Part shown: piece by piece, positions 8,677 through 18,368 of the stretch | How positions within the stretch are numbered: the first letter of the stretch is position 1 | Layout of the letters: each line of letters starts with the position of its first letter | Source: Terriglobia bacterium | GTDB lineage: Bacteria > Acidobacteriota > Terriglobia > JAJPHL01 > JAPKYU01 | NCBI GenBank assembly: GCA_965223005.1 | Contig: CBDCVK010000010.1 | Location: 1,184,001-1,248,000, forward strand | Reading direction: 5' to 3' | DNA: 64,000 bases | Program-made: the position numbers and the translations under genes | Notes under the pieces: model-generated | What the model was told of the DNA's origin: nothing | Databases searched by the model: none | Seen by the model: only the letters and a program-made list of their open reading frames with translations

Positions 8677-9978
8677 GTGGAGTTCACTGGCGAGCGCGTA
8701 ATCCCGGGAGAGGTAGATCCCGATCTGTGGAACGAGCATCAGTCGCGCTACGCCTTCGCGGCCCTTTTTGCTCAACGGCTGCTGAGCGGCCGGGGGGTGG
8801 TGCCCGACGGCAGATTGCAGTCCACGGCGGTTTCCGGTGCTGCGGCTGCGGGCGCTGATCCGGCCACCGCCGTCTTTCGGGTGCTGGACGCCGGTTGCGG
8901 CTCCGGCTACGGTGCAGCCCAGCTGGCGAGCCTGGATCCTGCGCTGCAGGTGGTCGGCATAGATCTCAGCGAGGAGGCCCTGGCATACGCCCGCCCGCGC
9001 TATGGTGGGCCCAACCTGCATTTTGCCCACGGCGACTGTCTGGCCCTGGAGTTTGCCGACGGAGAATTCGACCTGGTGGTGGCCTTCGAAGTCCTCGAGC
9101 ATTTGACCGAGCCGGCGGCGTTCTTGCAGCAAGCACGCCGCGTGCTCCGTCCTTCCGGCCACCTGGTGGTTTCCACGCCGAACCGCCGCTACTATTCTGA
9201 GGAGCGCCGCTACGTCAACCCCTTCCACACCCGGGAGTACGATGCGTCGGAATTTGACTCGCTGCTAGAAGAGTTTTTCTCTGAGCGCGTGATTTTTACG
9301 CAAAATCACGCCCCCGCCATTGCTTTCTTTCCCAGCGATGGAACGCTGCCATGCTCGACCGAGGGAGACAGCGGAGCAGTTGCCCGATTCGCTGCTCCGC
9401 CTGAGGCCGCCGACCAAGCCCATTTCCTGGTGGCTGTCTGCGCCCGGAAACCAGGACCCGTCCCCGAGCCGTTTGTCTTTGTGCCTTCGGCCGGTAACGT
9501 GTTGCGCGAGCGAGAACTGCACCTGCACAGGCTGGCGCAGGAACTGGAGGGACGCGCCGCCTGGGCTCGAGATCTGGACCAGGAGCGAGAACGCCTGGCA
9601 GGGATCGTGCGGGAATTGCAGGCCGACCTAGAGAACAAGGTTTCCTGGGCGCGTTCGCTGGAGGCAGACTTGGAACGGGCTCGCGAGGCGCTGGGCGAGC
9701 TGCAGCGAGAATTTGAAGAACGTACGGCCTGGGCCTTGAAAAAGGTTTCCTGGGCGCGTTCGCTGGAGGCAGACTTGGAACGGGCTCGCGAGGCGCTGGG
9801 CGAGCTGCAGCGAGAATTTGAAGAACGTACGGCCTGGGCCTTGAAACTCGACGCTGAACTGAAAGCTGCAGGCGCCGACCTGCGCCTTCTCTTCGGCTCC
9901 CGCTGGTACCGTACGGGGAAGAAGCTCCGGCTGAGTCCCGTGCCGCCCTCGGATCAAGGGCGAGGGGGCGGCCCATGA
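8677..9978 (+). CDS. Class I SAM methyltransferase with C-terminal coiled coil (WbdD-like chain terminator)
   Basis: EFTGERVIP start, VLDAGCGSGYG, FEVLEH; heptad-rich tail ending in a basic amphipathic LLFGSRWYRTGKKLR segment. Confidence 0.8.
   Translation: MEFTGERVIPGEVDPDLWNEHQSRYAFAALFAQRLLSGRGVVPDGRLQSTAVSGAAAAGADPATAVFRVLDAGCGSGYGAAQLASLDPALQVVGIDLSEEALAYARPRYGGPNLHFAHGDCLALEFADGEFDLVVAFEVLEHLTEPAAFLQQARRVLRPSGHLVVSTPNRRYYSEERRYVNPFHTREYDASEFDSLLEEFFSERVIFTQNHAPAIAFFPSDGTLPCSTEGDSGAVARFAAPPEAADQAHFLVAVCARKPGPVPEPFVFVPSAGNVLRERELHLHRLAQELEGRAAWARDLDQERERLAGIVRELQADLENKVSWARSLEADLERAREALGELQREFEERTAWALKKVSWARSLEADLERAREALGELQREFEERTAWALKLDAELKAAGADLRLLFGSRWYRTGKKLRLSPVPPSDQGRGGGP
9637..9846 (+). 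repeat. Exact tandem duplication 2 x 105 bp (35 aa, five heptads)
   Basis: 9637-9741 is identical to 9742-9846; encodes KVSWARSLEADLERAREALGELQREFEERTAWALK twice. Confidence 0.95.
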
Positions 9979-10115
9979 TGCTGCCCCACCCGATGCTCGA
10001 AGCGGCTGCGATGCGGAAACTGCCTGCCGCGTTGGCCCGTCAAGCGTGGGAACTATATGCCGACGAGCTGTTCGCGGGGTGCCGCCTGCGGCCCGCGCCC
10101 CTGTGCTAAACATCG

Positions 10116-11510
10116 GTGGAGTCGCCTCTGAGCAACAAAGAACATTTCGAACGGCTGCTCGAAAGAATGCGTCGCGACTGGGACGAGCGCGCCGCGCAAG
10201 ACGGGGAGCATTACGTCTACACGCGCGACTCAAACAGCGACGAGAGCGACTTCGAAGCCTCAGGTCGGGTTAACTACGACCAGTTGGTGCGCCCGTATCT
10301 TCCCGTGCTGCTCAACGGCCGTTCCCCCAGCTGCTCCCGGGTCGCGGAAATCGGCTGCGGCCTGGGGCGCATAACCCGTAGTTTTGCCGAGGAGTTCCTG
10401 GAGGTGCATGGCATTGACGTTTCCGCCAGGATGATCGAGCAAGCCCGGTCCCGCTTGCGGGATTACCCCAATGTCATACTCCATGTAGGCTCGGGGCAGG
10501 ACCTGGCCAGCCTGCCCGACAACTACTTCGACCTGGCGTTTTCCTACCTGGTGTTCCAGCACATTCCCTCTCGCGAGGTCGTCGAAAGCTACATCCGGGA
10601 GGCGGCGCGCGTCTTGAAGCCGGAGGGAGCATTTCGGTTCCAGCTACAGGGACACCTGTCGCCTGAGTACCGGCGGCAGGAGAAGGACACCTGGCTGGGG
10701 GAAAGTTTTTCTCTGGCCGAGGCCACCCAGATGCTGGCCGCTGCCGGGTTTTCGCCGCTAGACGCCACTGGCGCGGGCACGCAGTACTTTATGCTCAACG
10801 CTCGTAAAATTCCGGAAGAGGACAGGCCTCTTGTGCCCCACATCTTTGCGGGCCAGGGTTGGGCGCGCGGACAGTTGCTCGAAGGATGGAACGAAATGGA
10901 CGCGGGTGGCGGCTGGCCCATCGAGCCCTTTTCCCGGGCCATTTTGGCGGTCCCTGCAGCGCCGCAGTTGCGTGTGTTCCTGTCTCTCTATCTACCGCCG
11001 GTCGAGCCCTTCGCAACCCTGACCCTGAAGGCGAGCTTGGACGAGGTTCCACTGGGGTCGGCGTCTCTCGGACGTGCCGGAGACCCCTATCTTGAGTGGA
11101 CTGTTCCAGCCGGTGCGGTCACCGACTCTCGGGCCGTGCTTACGCTGGAATTCCACCCGCCGGAGAGAAGCGTTCTCCCGCGTGTTCGCGCCCTGGGGAT
11201 TTATGCCCCGAGTGAAGCGGAGCAGCGAGGGGAGGACCCGGCTGCGGTTACCTTTCGACGCCTGCAAAGGCAACACCAGGAAGCGGTCGCCTGGGCCCGC
11301 GGGTTGGAAGCGAACGCCCGCGAGGCACTCGCCAAGCCGCAGGGCGAGTTTGAGGAACGCACGGCCTGGGTCCTGCGCTCGCAAGCAGAACTGGAAGTGG
11401 CGCGCGCCGATTTGAGCCTCCTGTTCGGCTCCCGGTGGTACCGCCTGGGGAAGAAGCTCCGGCTGAGTCCCGTACCGCCCTCGGATCAAGGACAAGGGGG
11501 CGGCGCTTGA
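10116..11510 (+). CDS. Class I SAM methyltransferase + beta domain + short coiled-coil tail
   Basis: MRRDWDERA, EIGCGLGR, FSYLVFQHIP; C-terminal tail closely homologous to that of 8677-9978. Confidence 0.8.
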   Translation: MESPLSNKEHFERLLERMRRDWDERAAQDGEHYVYTRDSNSDESDFEASGRVNYDQLVRPYLPVLLNGRSPSCSRVAEIGCGLGRITRSFAEEFLEVHGIDVSARMIEQARSRLRDYPNVILHVGSGQDLASLPDNYFDLAFSYLVFQHIPSREVVESYIREAARVLKPEGAFRFQLQGHLSPEYRRQEKDTWLGESFSLAEATQMLAAAGFSPLDATGAGTQYFMLNARKIPEEDRPLVPHIFAGQGWARGQLLEGWNEMDAGGGWPIEPFSRAILAVPAAPQLRVFLSLYLPPVEPFATLTLKASLDEVPLGSASLGRAGDPYLEWTVPAGAVTDSRAVLTLEFHPPERSVLPRVRALGIYAPSEAEQRGEDPAAVTFRRLQRQHQEAVAWARGLEANAREALAKPQGEFEERTAWVLRSQAELEVARADLSLLFGSRWYRLGKKLRLSPVPPSDQGQGGGA

Positions 11511-13930
11511 TTCTGCTTCGTCTGCTGCTGATGCTGGTAACGGCAGTGCTGCTCCCGCCACTACTGCTGCTGAACGGTATCAGCCTAGCTCTAGTGGACC
11601 TGGCCTGGATTCTCGGCGGCCAGCGCCGCAGAGCCACCTCAGAAGGAGCCTCTGAACCGAACGAGCGACCCACCTCTGTAAGCGTGGTAATTCCCAGTTG
11701 GAATGGCCGGGAGTTGCTGGAAAAATTCCTGCCTTCGGTCGTCCGCGCCGCCTCCTTTCATCCCGACAACGAAGTCATCGTGGTCGATAACGGCAGCGAT
11801 GACGGGACCGCGGAATGGGTTCGCAGGCAGTTTCCCGGGACAGACTCGGATGGAAGAGAACCAAAGTTGGTCCGCCTGCTTCGGTTGGAGCGCAACCTGG
11901 GCTTCGGGGCCGGCAACAACCTAGGGGTGCGAGCGGCGTGCAACCCCATCGTGGTGGTCCTGAACAATGACATGCGGGTGGAGCCGGATTGCTTCCAGCG
12001 ACTGGTGGAGGGCTTCACGGACCCGGGCGTGTTCGCCATCAGCGCGCAAGTCTTTTTCCTGGATCAGGGCCGGCGGCGCGAAGAAACCGGCCTGACCGAA
12101 GGACGCTTCGAGCGGGGATTCTTCCGTCTGGGCCATCTGGCTGAGGACATTTCCACCTTGTACCCCACGTTCTACGCCGGGGGCGGCTCGACCGCCTATG
12201 ACCGCGCAAAGTTCCTTGAACTCGGCGGCTTTGACTCGCTGTTCCATCCCTTCTACGTGGAAGACGCCGACCTTTCTTACAATGCCTGGAAACGAGGCTG
12301 GAAGGTGCTCTACCAGCCCGCAGCGGTGGTCTATCACGAACACCGCAGCACCATCGGAAGGCATTTCTCAGCTAAACGCATAGACGCCATCCTCAAAAAG
12401 AACCACATCCTGATGGTGTGGAAGAACGTGCAGGGCTGGAGCCGGCTGGCGGAGCATTTCTGTTGCCTCTACGCGGGCCTAGTGTTCTCCACATTTGTCG
12501 GGTCCGGTCCTACGCGCCCTACGATGGCGGGTTACGCCGGCGTGCTGCGCTTCTGGGGCAAGGTGCTCCAGCGGCGCTGGCAAGCCCGGAGCCTGAGCAC
12601 GATTGGTGACGACGAAGCGCTGCTGCGCCCGCTGCCCGCCTATTACCGGGACCGTTTTGTTCCGCCGCGGCCGCTGGAGGAAGGGCGGCCGTTGCGCATT
12701 CTGTTTCTTTCCCCCTACTCGTTGCATCCGCCTACGCACGGCGGCGCTGTCTTCATGCAACAAGCAGTGCGGGCGCTGGCCCGCCGCCACGAGGTTCACC
12801 TTCTGGCCTTTGTGGATCGTCCGGAGGAGGTGGAAACGAACCGAGCGCTGGAACGCTGCCTGAGCTCGGTCCAATGCCTGGTACGCGATTTCCCGCCCCA
12901 CCGTGATTCGCTCGGCCTTTTACCCTACGCCGTACGCTGCTTCCTGAGTCCGGAATTCCGCCGTCGGGTCCACCGCCTGATCTGGGAACACCAGGTTGAC
13001 CTGGTCCAGGTGGAGTACACGCAGATGGGACACTTTGCAGGCGGCTGGCGCCACACTCCCACGGCCTTGTTCGAGCACGACGTGTATTTCCAATCTGTAC
13101 GGCGCGCGTTGAGACAGGCGCGGTCGGTGGCAGAGTGGCTGCAAACCTGTCTGGAATGGCTGCGGGCCCTGCGCTACGAACTCCACCTGCTGCGCCGCGT
13201 TGACCTGGTCCAGACCTGCAGCGAGGCGGAGCGCCGCTTGCTGGAATCCTTCCTGGGGAGGGAGGCGCCACCTGTCAATGGCACCCTACGGGCGGCGCTG
13301 GACACCGGCGACTACGTTCCGGTCTTCACGGGACGCCAGCCGGAGACGCTGTTGTTCGTTGGCAACTTCCGCCATGCACCTAACATAGACGGCTTGCGAT
13401 TCCTGGTGCAGCAGGTCGTGCCAGTGTTGCGCGCAGACCGTCCGAACGCCGAATTGTTGGTCGTGGGCGCCTATCCTTCGATGGAGGTAGAAACAATGTG
13501 CCACCAGCCGGGGGTGAACCTTCTGGGGATGGTGCCGGAAATCCGCGAGGTGATGGCCCGCTACTCGCTGTTTCTGTGCCCCATTTTTAGCGGTTCGGGG
13601 GTGCGAGTAAAAATTCTGGAGGCGTTCGCCGCCGGCATGCCGGTGATCTCCACGCCACTGGGCGTGGAGGGACTGGACGTCGTCGACGGACAGGAATTGC
13701 GGCTGGTCAGCAATGCTCGCCAGTTCGTCTCTGCTATTATAGAACTGCTGGAACATCCCGCACGTGCTGAAGCCCTGGCGCGCCGCGCCCGCCGCAGGGT
13801 CGAACAGCAGTGGGATGCCGGCGTCGTCCTGGAGAGACTGGAATACGCCTATTGGGAAATCTTGCGCGAACGACGATCGGTGACACCCGCCGGGGCTTCG
13901 CTGGTCACAACTTCTTCGAGGTCCTCATGA
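11507..13930 (+). CDS. Bifunctional glycosyltransferase (GT2 + GT4)
   Basis: TTG at 11507 overlaps the upstream TGA; N-terminal hydrophobic segment; GT2 motifs VVIPSWN, VVDNGSDD, LNND, EDAD; GT4 motifs FVGNFRHAPN, GSGVRVKILEA. Confidence 0.88.
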   Translation: MILLRLLLMLVTAVLLPPLLLLNGISLALVDLAWILGGQRRRATSEGASEPNERPTSVSVVIPSWNGRELLEKFLPSVVRAASFHPDNEVIVVDNGSDDGTAEWVRRQFPGTDSDGREPKLVRLLRLERNLGFGAGNNLGVRAACNPIVVVLNNDMRVEPDCFQRLVEGFTDPGVFAISAQVFFLDQGRRREETGLTEGRFERGFFRLGHLAEDISTLYPTFYAGGGSTAYDRAKFLELGGFDSLFHPFYVEDADLSYNAWKRGWKVLYQPAAVVYHEHRSTIGRHFSAKRIDAILKKNHILMVWKNVQGWSRLAEHFCCLYAGLVFSTFVGSGPTRPTMAGYAGVLRFWGKVLQRRWQARSLSTIGDDEALLRPLPAYYRDRFVPPRPLEEGRPLRILFLSPYSLHPPTHGGAVFMQQAVRALARRHEVHLLAFVDRPEEVETNRALERCLSSVQCLVRDFPPHRDSLGLLPYAVRCFLSPEFRRRVHRLIWEHQVDLVQVEYTQMGHFAGGWRHTPTALFEHDVYFQSVRRALRQARSVAEWLQTCLEWLRALRYELHLLRRVDLVQTCSEAERRLLESFLGREAPPVNGTLRAALDTGDYVPVFTGRQPETLLFVGNFRHAPNIDGLRFLVQQVVPVLRADRPNAELLVVGAYPSMEVETMCHQPGVNLLGMVPEIREVMARYSLFLCPIFSGSGVRVKILEAFAAGMPVISTPLGVEGLDVVDGQELRLVSNARQFVSAIIELLEHPARAEALARRARRRVEQQWDAGVVLERLEYAYWEILRERRSVTPAGASLVTTSSRSS

Positions 13931-14526
13931 GGAGCAGGCTTTTTTTGTTTCTGGCTGGGATTCTGGTCGTCTGCTTGGCAGCCGCGGCCGGCTGGGCGCG
14001 CAAGGCTCCGGATTTCTCCCTGCCGGACCCCAACGGCAAAAAGATTCGGCTTTCCGAGCAGCGCGGCAAACTCGTGGTGCTGGAATTCCTCCAGACCGGG
14101 TGCCCCGCCTGTCAACGTGCTGGCCGCACTTTGCAGAAGCTGTTCTCCGAGAACCAGAAGGACCTGCTGATCATCGGCATTTCCCATGATGCGCGGGGGA
14201 TGACGGCCATTCGCGAGTACATCCAGCAGCACGGCCTGACCTACCCGGTCGTGCTCGGCGATCTCACGGTGGCGGTGAATTACCTGGGCATCACGCCGCG
14301 CAGGCCGAGTTTCGATGTTCCCGTCTTCTTCTTCGTGGGTCCCGACGGACAACTTCTAGGGGAGCGCAAGTCAGGACGGGCAGCTGACCGCGACTGGTTT
14401 GCCGAAATGGACCAGAACCTGGAAGCAACGGTGCGCCGCCTGCTCGCCGCGCATCAGACACCCGTGAGACAGGCGCGCGTCCGGGAGCGGAAAGCGGCCG
14501 GGCGAAAGCCGCTTGAGCCGAAGTAG
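13927..14526 (+). CDS. TlpA/ResA-like thiol-disulfide oxidoreductase, exported
   Basis: ATGA overlap with the upstream gene; signal peptide; APDFSL...GKLVVLEF..TGCPAC (CxxC). Confidence 0.8.
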   Translation: MRSRLFLFLAGILVVCLAAAAGWARKAPDFSLPDPNGKKIRLSEQRGKLVVLEFLQTGCPACQRAGRTLQKLFSENQKDLLIIGISHDARGMTAIREYIQQHGLTYPVVLGDLTVAVNYLGITPRRPSFDVPVFFFVGPDGQLLGERKSGRAADRDWFAEMDQNLEATVRRLLAAHQTPVRQARVRERKAAGRKPLEPK

Positions 14527-14551
14527 AGAAGAGGGCCCGACCCGCGATGGC

Positions 14552-15226
14552 ATGTACAAAGGCAAGCGCATTACGATCATCATCCCCTGCCTGGACGAGG
14601 AAAAAGGCATTGCCCAGGTGATGGAAGCGATCCCGCCGCTGGTGGACGAGATGATCGTGGTGGACAACGGTTCCAGCGACCGAACCGCGGAAGTTGCCCG
14701 ATCGCTGGGCGCCACGGTGCTCCGGGAAGACATCCGCGGTTATGGGCGGGCCTACAAGCACGGCTTTCAGCACGCCACCGGGGACATCATCATCACCCTG
14801 GATGGCGACCATTCCTATCCGGTGGATGCCCTCTCCTACTTGCTGGAGGCCTTTCATCATCTGAACGCCGATTTTCTGAACGCTTCTCGTTTCCCCGTTC
14901 AGGACCCGAAGGTCATGAGCTTCAAGCACCGGCTGGGCAACCTGGTGCTTTCGGCAGTCACCTCGCTGCTGTTTTTTCGCTTGGTGCGCGACTCGCAGTC
15001 CGGAATGTGGGTCTTCTCCCGCCACATCCTTCCTCTGATAAGGCTGGAAAGCGACGGGATGGCGTTCAGTGAAGAGATTAAGATCGAGGCTATCCGCAAC
15101 CCGAGGATCCGATTCCGGGAAATCATCATCAACTATTCGTCCCGGGTGGGCGAGAAGAAGCTGCGGCCGTGGCGGGACGGGATGAGCAACCTGCTGTGGT
15201 TGTTCAAGAAGAGGTTCCTCCGGTGA
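14552..15226 (+). CDS. GT2 glycosyltransferase (polyprenol-phosphate glycosyltransferase/DPM-synthase-like)
   Basis: IIIPCLDEE, VVDNGSSD, RGYG, LDGDHSY, DSQSG, SRVGEKKL motifs. Confidence 0.88.
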   Translation: MYKGKRITIIIPCLDEEKGIAQVMEAIPPLVDEMIVVDNGSSDRTAEVARSLGATVLREDIRGYGRAYKHGFQHATGDIIITLDGDHSYPVDALSYLLEAFHHLNADFLNASRFPVQDPKVMSFKHRLGNLVLSAVTSLLFFRLVRDSQSGMWVFSRHILPLIRLESDGMAFSEEIKIEAIRNPRIRFREIIINYSSRVGEKKLRPWRDGMSNLLWLFKKRFLR

Positions 15227-16365
15227 GCGGCGAGCGCACGGTGGCGATCATTCCCAACCGGGACGGAGCCGGTCGCCTGGAGCGCTGCCTGGCTACGCTG
15301 TTGGCACAGCGAGGCGCTGCCCTGGAAGTGGTCGTGCCGGAAGTGGTCGTGATAGACAACGCTTCTAGCGATGGCTCAGCCGAAGTGGCCGCCCGTGCCG
15401 GCGCTCGGGTAATTCGCTTTCCGGAAAACCGCGGGTTTGCGGCCGCAGTCAATCGCGGCGTGGCCGAGAGCGACTCGGAATTTGTGGCGCTGGTCAATAA
15501 CGATGTTGAACTCGAGCCGGAATGGCTCCACCGGCTCCTGGGTGTCCTGAAACGTCACCCGGAGTGCGGCATGGTCACCGGTCGGACGCTGCAACGCGAT
15601 AGCGACAGCACGCTGGACGGGGCCGGCGACGCGCTCGCGCTGGGTCTGGCCGCCGCGCGTTTGGGGTTCGGCTTCCCCGATGGCCCTGCGTACCGGCAAG
15701 AGCGCTCGGTGCTGGCCGTTTCTGGCGCCGCTTCGCTGATTCGTCGCGAGGTCTTCCGGAGCATCGGCGGGTTCGACGAAGCCTTTTTTGCTTACCTGGA
15801 GGACGTGGACTTTTGTCTGCGGGCGCAGTTGGCCGGTTTCCGGGCGCGGTATGTCCCGGAAGCTGTTGCCTGGCACGAAGGCAGTGCTACCACGGCGGGC
15901 CAGGCAGGCCTGCCTCTCCGCGTTGCCCCGGACCTGCACCCGCAGGTGGCTACCTGGCTAACTGGACACCAGCTCTTGTTGGCTACGCGATACTGCCGAT
16001 GGGGGACGCTGCGTGTCCTGCTGCCGCGGGTCCTTTTGGTACAGGTGCTGTGGGCGGCTCGCCTAGTGCGGGTCGGACGGCTTGGCGCTTGGCTCCGCGG
16101 CTTGGCGTTGGCTGCTACCCGCTGGCGGCGCCTCCGGCGTTGGACCTTCCCTCCGGGAGCCGGGCCGCAGCGGCTACTGGAACTGCTGCGCGCCTCGGAA
16201 ACCCAGATCTACGCCGACCGCGCCCGCCGAGACACTTTCTGGCGCCTGTACTTCCGACTGTTCCCACCCGCCGTCCAGGCCAGCTTCTTGGCTGCCGGAG
16301 AAAGCAGCACCTCGAGTAGCAAGGCCGAGCCAGGCGACGCGAGTCGCCGCTATGCCGAGCCTTGA
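15223..16365 (+). CDS. GT2 glycosyltransferase
   Basis: GTGA overlap; IDNASSDG, NRGFAAAVN, VNND, FFAYLEDVD. Confidence 0.88.
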   Translation: MSGERTVAIIPNRDGAGRLERCLATLLAQRGAALEVVVPEVVVIDNASSDGSAEVAARAGARVIRFPENRGFAAAVNRGVAESDSEFVALVNNDVELEPEWLHRLLGVLKRHPECGMVTGRTLQRDSDSTLDGAGDALALGLAAARLGFGFPDGPAYRQERSVLAVSGAASLIRREVFRSIGGFDEAFFAYLEDVDFCLRAQLAGFRARYVPEAVAWHEGSATTAGQAGLPLRVAPDLHPQVATWLTGHQLLLATRYCRWGTLRVLLPRVLLVQVLWAARLVRVGRLGAWLRGLALAATRWRRLRRWTFPPGAGPQRLLELLRASETQIYADRARRDTFWRLYFRLFPPAVQASFLAAGESSTSSSKAEPGDASRRYAEP

Positions 16366-17309
16366 GCACTGGAACGCCCTTGGCGGTCTCTGTCGTCGTC
16401 GTCGTTGTCAGCTACAATTCTTCCAAATACCTCCCGCTGTGCCTGGATTCACTGCGCGGGGTGGGCGTCGAAATCATCGTCGTGGATAACGCGTCGACCG
16501 ACGATTCGGCTGCCGTGGCCCGCCGGCACGGGGCCAGAGTGATCGCCAACTCCGAGAACCGAGGTCTGGCTGCAGCGGCTAACCAGGGTGCGGGTGCCTC
16601 CGCTGCGGAGTTTCTGCTGTTCCTCAATCCGGACACAGTGTTGTTGGATGGATTCGCGGACTTGCTGCGTGCTGTGATTGAAGAGCCGCAGGCCGGAGCG
16701 GTTGCCGGCCTGTTGCTGGATGAGGCCGGGCGGCCGCAGGTCGGTTTCAATGTCCGTAGCCTTCCTAGTTTTGTGATGCTCGCCTGCGAGGCGCTTCTGA
16801 TGAACCGGCTTTGGCCGCGCAATCCTGTCAACCGGCGGTACCGCTGCCTGGACGTGCCGCTGGACCGGCCGGGCGAAATTGAGCAACCGGCCGGGGCTTG
16901 CCTGTTGGTTCGCCGGCGCGCCCTGGAGCAGGTGGGCTACTGGGACGAGCATTTTTACCCGCTTTGGTTCGAAGACGTTGACCTGTGCCTGAGGTTGCGC
17001 CGGGACGGATACCGTATCCTGTTTTGCCCGACCTGTCGCTGGCGCCACCACGGAGGGCACTCGCTGGACAGTATCTCATTTGCCCGAAAGCAACTTTCTT
17101 GGTACCGTAATCTACTCTATTACGTGCACAAGCACATGGGTTCCGCCGCCGCGCTGGCCATGAGACTGCTGGTATGTGCTGGCGCTGCCGCTCGTTGGAT
17201 GGCTACCTTGGTTGTTCCGAGCGGGCAGCACCGGTTGAACGCCTATTGGGCGGTGATGAAGTTGGCGCTTAGCAGACCGGCAAAACAGCCGCCGCCCCAC
17301 GTGGTTTGA
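16362..17309 (+). CDS. GT2 glycosyltransferase (WbbL/rhamnosyltransferase-like)
   Basis: VVSYNS, VVDNASTD, FLNPD, GACLL, WFEDVD. Confidence 0.88.
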   Translation: MSTGTPLAVSVVVVVVSYNSSKYLPLCLDSLRGVGVEIIVVDNASTDDSAAVARRHGARVIANSENRGLAAAANQGAGASAAEFLLFLNPDTVLLDGFADLLRAVIEEPQAGAVAGLLLDEAGRPQVGFNVRSLPSFVMLACEALLMNRLWPRNPVNRRYRCLDVPLDRPGEIEQPAGACLLVRRRALEQVGYWDEHFYPLWFEDVDLCLRLRRDGYRILFCPTCRWRHHGGHSLDSISFARKQLSWYRNLLYYVHKHMGSAAALAMRLLVCAGAAARWMATLVVPSGQHRLNAYWAVMKLALSRPAKQPPPHVV

Positions 17310-18368
17310 ATGTCTTCACTGGTTAGCGTTACCCTCGTTACTTATAACAGCGGGCGCTACATCGGCCCCTGTCTGGAATCCATCTTCACCCAGCAGCACT
17401 GCCACCTGGAAGTGCTCGTGGTGGACAACGCTTCGCAAGACACCACCCGCGAGGTGCTGGCGCGTTACGCCAATCGTATTCAGATCATCTGGAACCCGCA
17501 AAACATTGGCTTTGCTGCCGCCCAGAACCAGGCGATTGCCGCCAGTACGGGCAGGTGGGTGCTGGTGCTCAACCCCGACGTGGTGTTGATCCCAAGCTTT
17601 GTGGCTATGCTGGTCAAAGCTGCCGAAGGACACGCCGACCCCCGTCTGGGCGTTCTGTGCGGCAAGCTGCTGGCCATGGAGCCGGGCCTGAGCCTTCCCA
17701 CCAATCCGCGGGTGGACTCGGCAGGCATCTTCTTCACTCCAACGCTGCGCCACTTTGACCGGGGCTCTGGCAAGCCGGACAATGGCAACTACGAGAGAGC
17801 CGAGTACGTTTTCGGGGCCTCGGCGGCGGCTGCCCTCTACCGGCGCGAAATGATCGAAGACGTCAGCCAGGAGGGGGAATTCTTCGATCCGGACTTTTTC
17901 TCCTACCGCGAGGACGCCGATGTGGCCTGGCGCGCCCAGCTCCTGGATTGGAAGTGCCTCTACGTGCCGGACGCCCTGGGCTACCATGCGCGAAGGGTGC
18001 AGCACTGGAACCGGGCCCAGGTGCCGCCGCAAATCAACATGCACTCGGTGAAGAACCGGTTCTTGATGCGCCTGAAGAACGTAGGTGCCTCCCTCTACCT
18101 GCGCAACCTGCTTCCCGTCACCGTGCGGGATTTGGGAGTGCTGGGCTACTGCCTGCTGGTGGAACGCTCCTCGTTGCCGGCCTTCTGGCTGCTCGGGCGC
18201 GCCTGGTCTCGCGCCTGGCGCAAGCGGCGCTGGATCCAGCAACGCCGGCGCGTGGCCGACCGCGAGCTGGCCCGCTGGTTCCGCTTTCGTCCGGTGTCCT
18301 TTCCCATGCGGGAACAGGTCGTTTCGGTCCCCGCCAGTTCCAGCTCACGACTAGGCGTCTCATCCTGA
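17310..18368 (+). CDS. GT2 glycosyltransferase
   Basis: VTYNS, VVDNASQD, VLNPD, FFSYREDAD. Confidence 0.88.
   Translation: MSSLVSVTLVTYNSGRYIGPCLESIFTQQHCHLEVLVVDNASQDTTREVLARYANRIQIIWNPQNIGFAAAQNQAIAASTGRWVLVLNPDVVLIPSFVAMLVKAAEGHADPRLGVLCGKLLAMEPGLSLPTNPRVDSAGIFFTPTLRHFDRGSGKPDNGNYERAEYVFGASAAAALYRREMIEDVSQEGEFFDPDFFSYREDADVAWRAQLLDWKCLYVPDALGYHARRVQHWNRAQVPPQINMHSVKNRFLMRLKNVGASLYLRNLLPVTVRDLGVLGYCLLVERSSLPAFWLLGRAWSRAWRKRRWIQQRRRVADRELARWFRFRPVSFPMREQVVSVPASSSSRLGVSS

Noticed and set aside
7699-9228. Long antisense ORFs (509 aa here; also 20506-21630, 47250-48323, 60519-61529, 61821-63086)
   Set aside because: They mirror well-supported genes on the opposite strand, as expected with high-GC codon bias, and show no recognisable motifs
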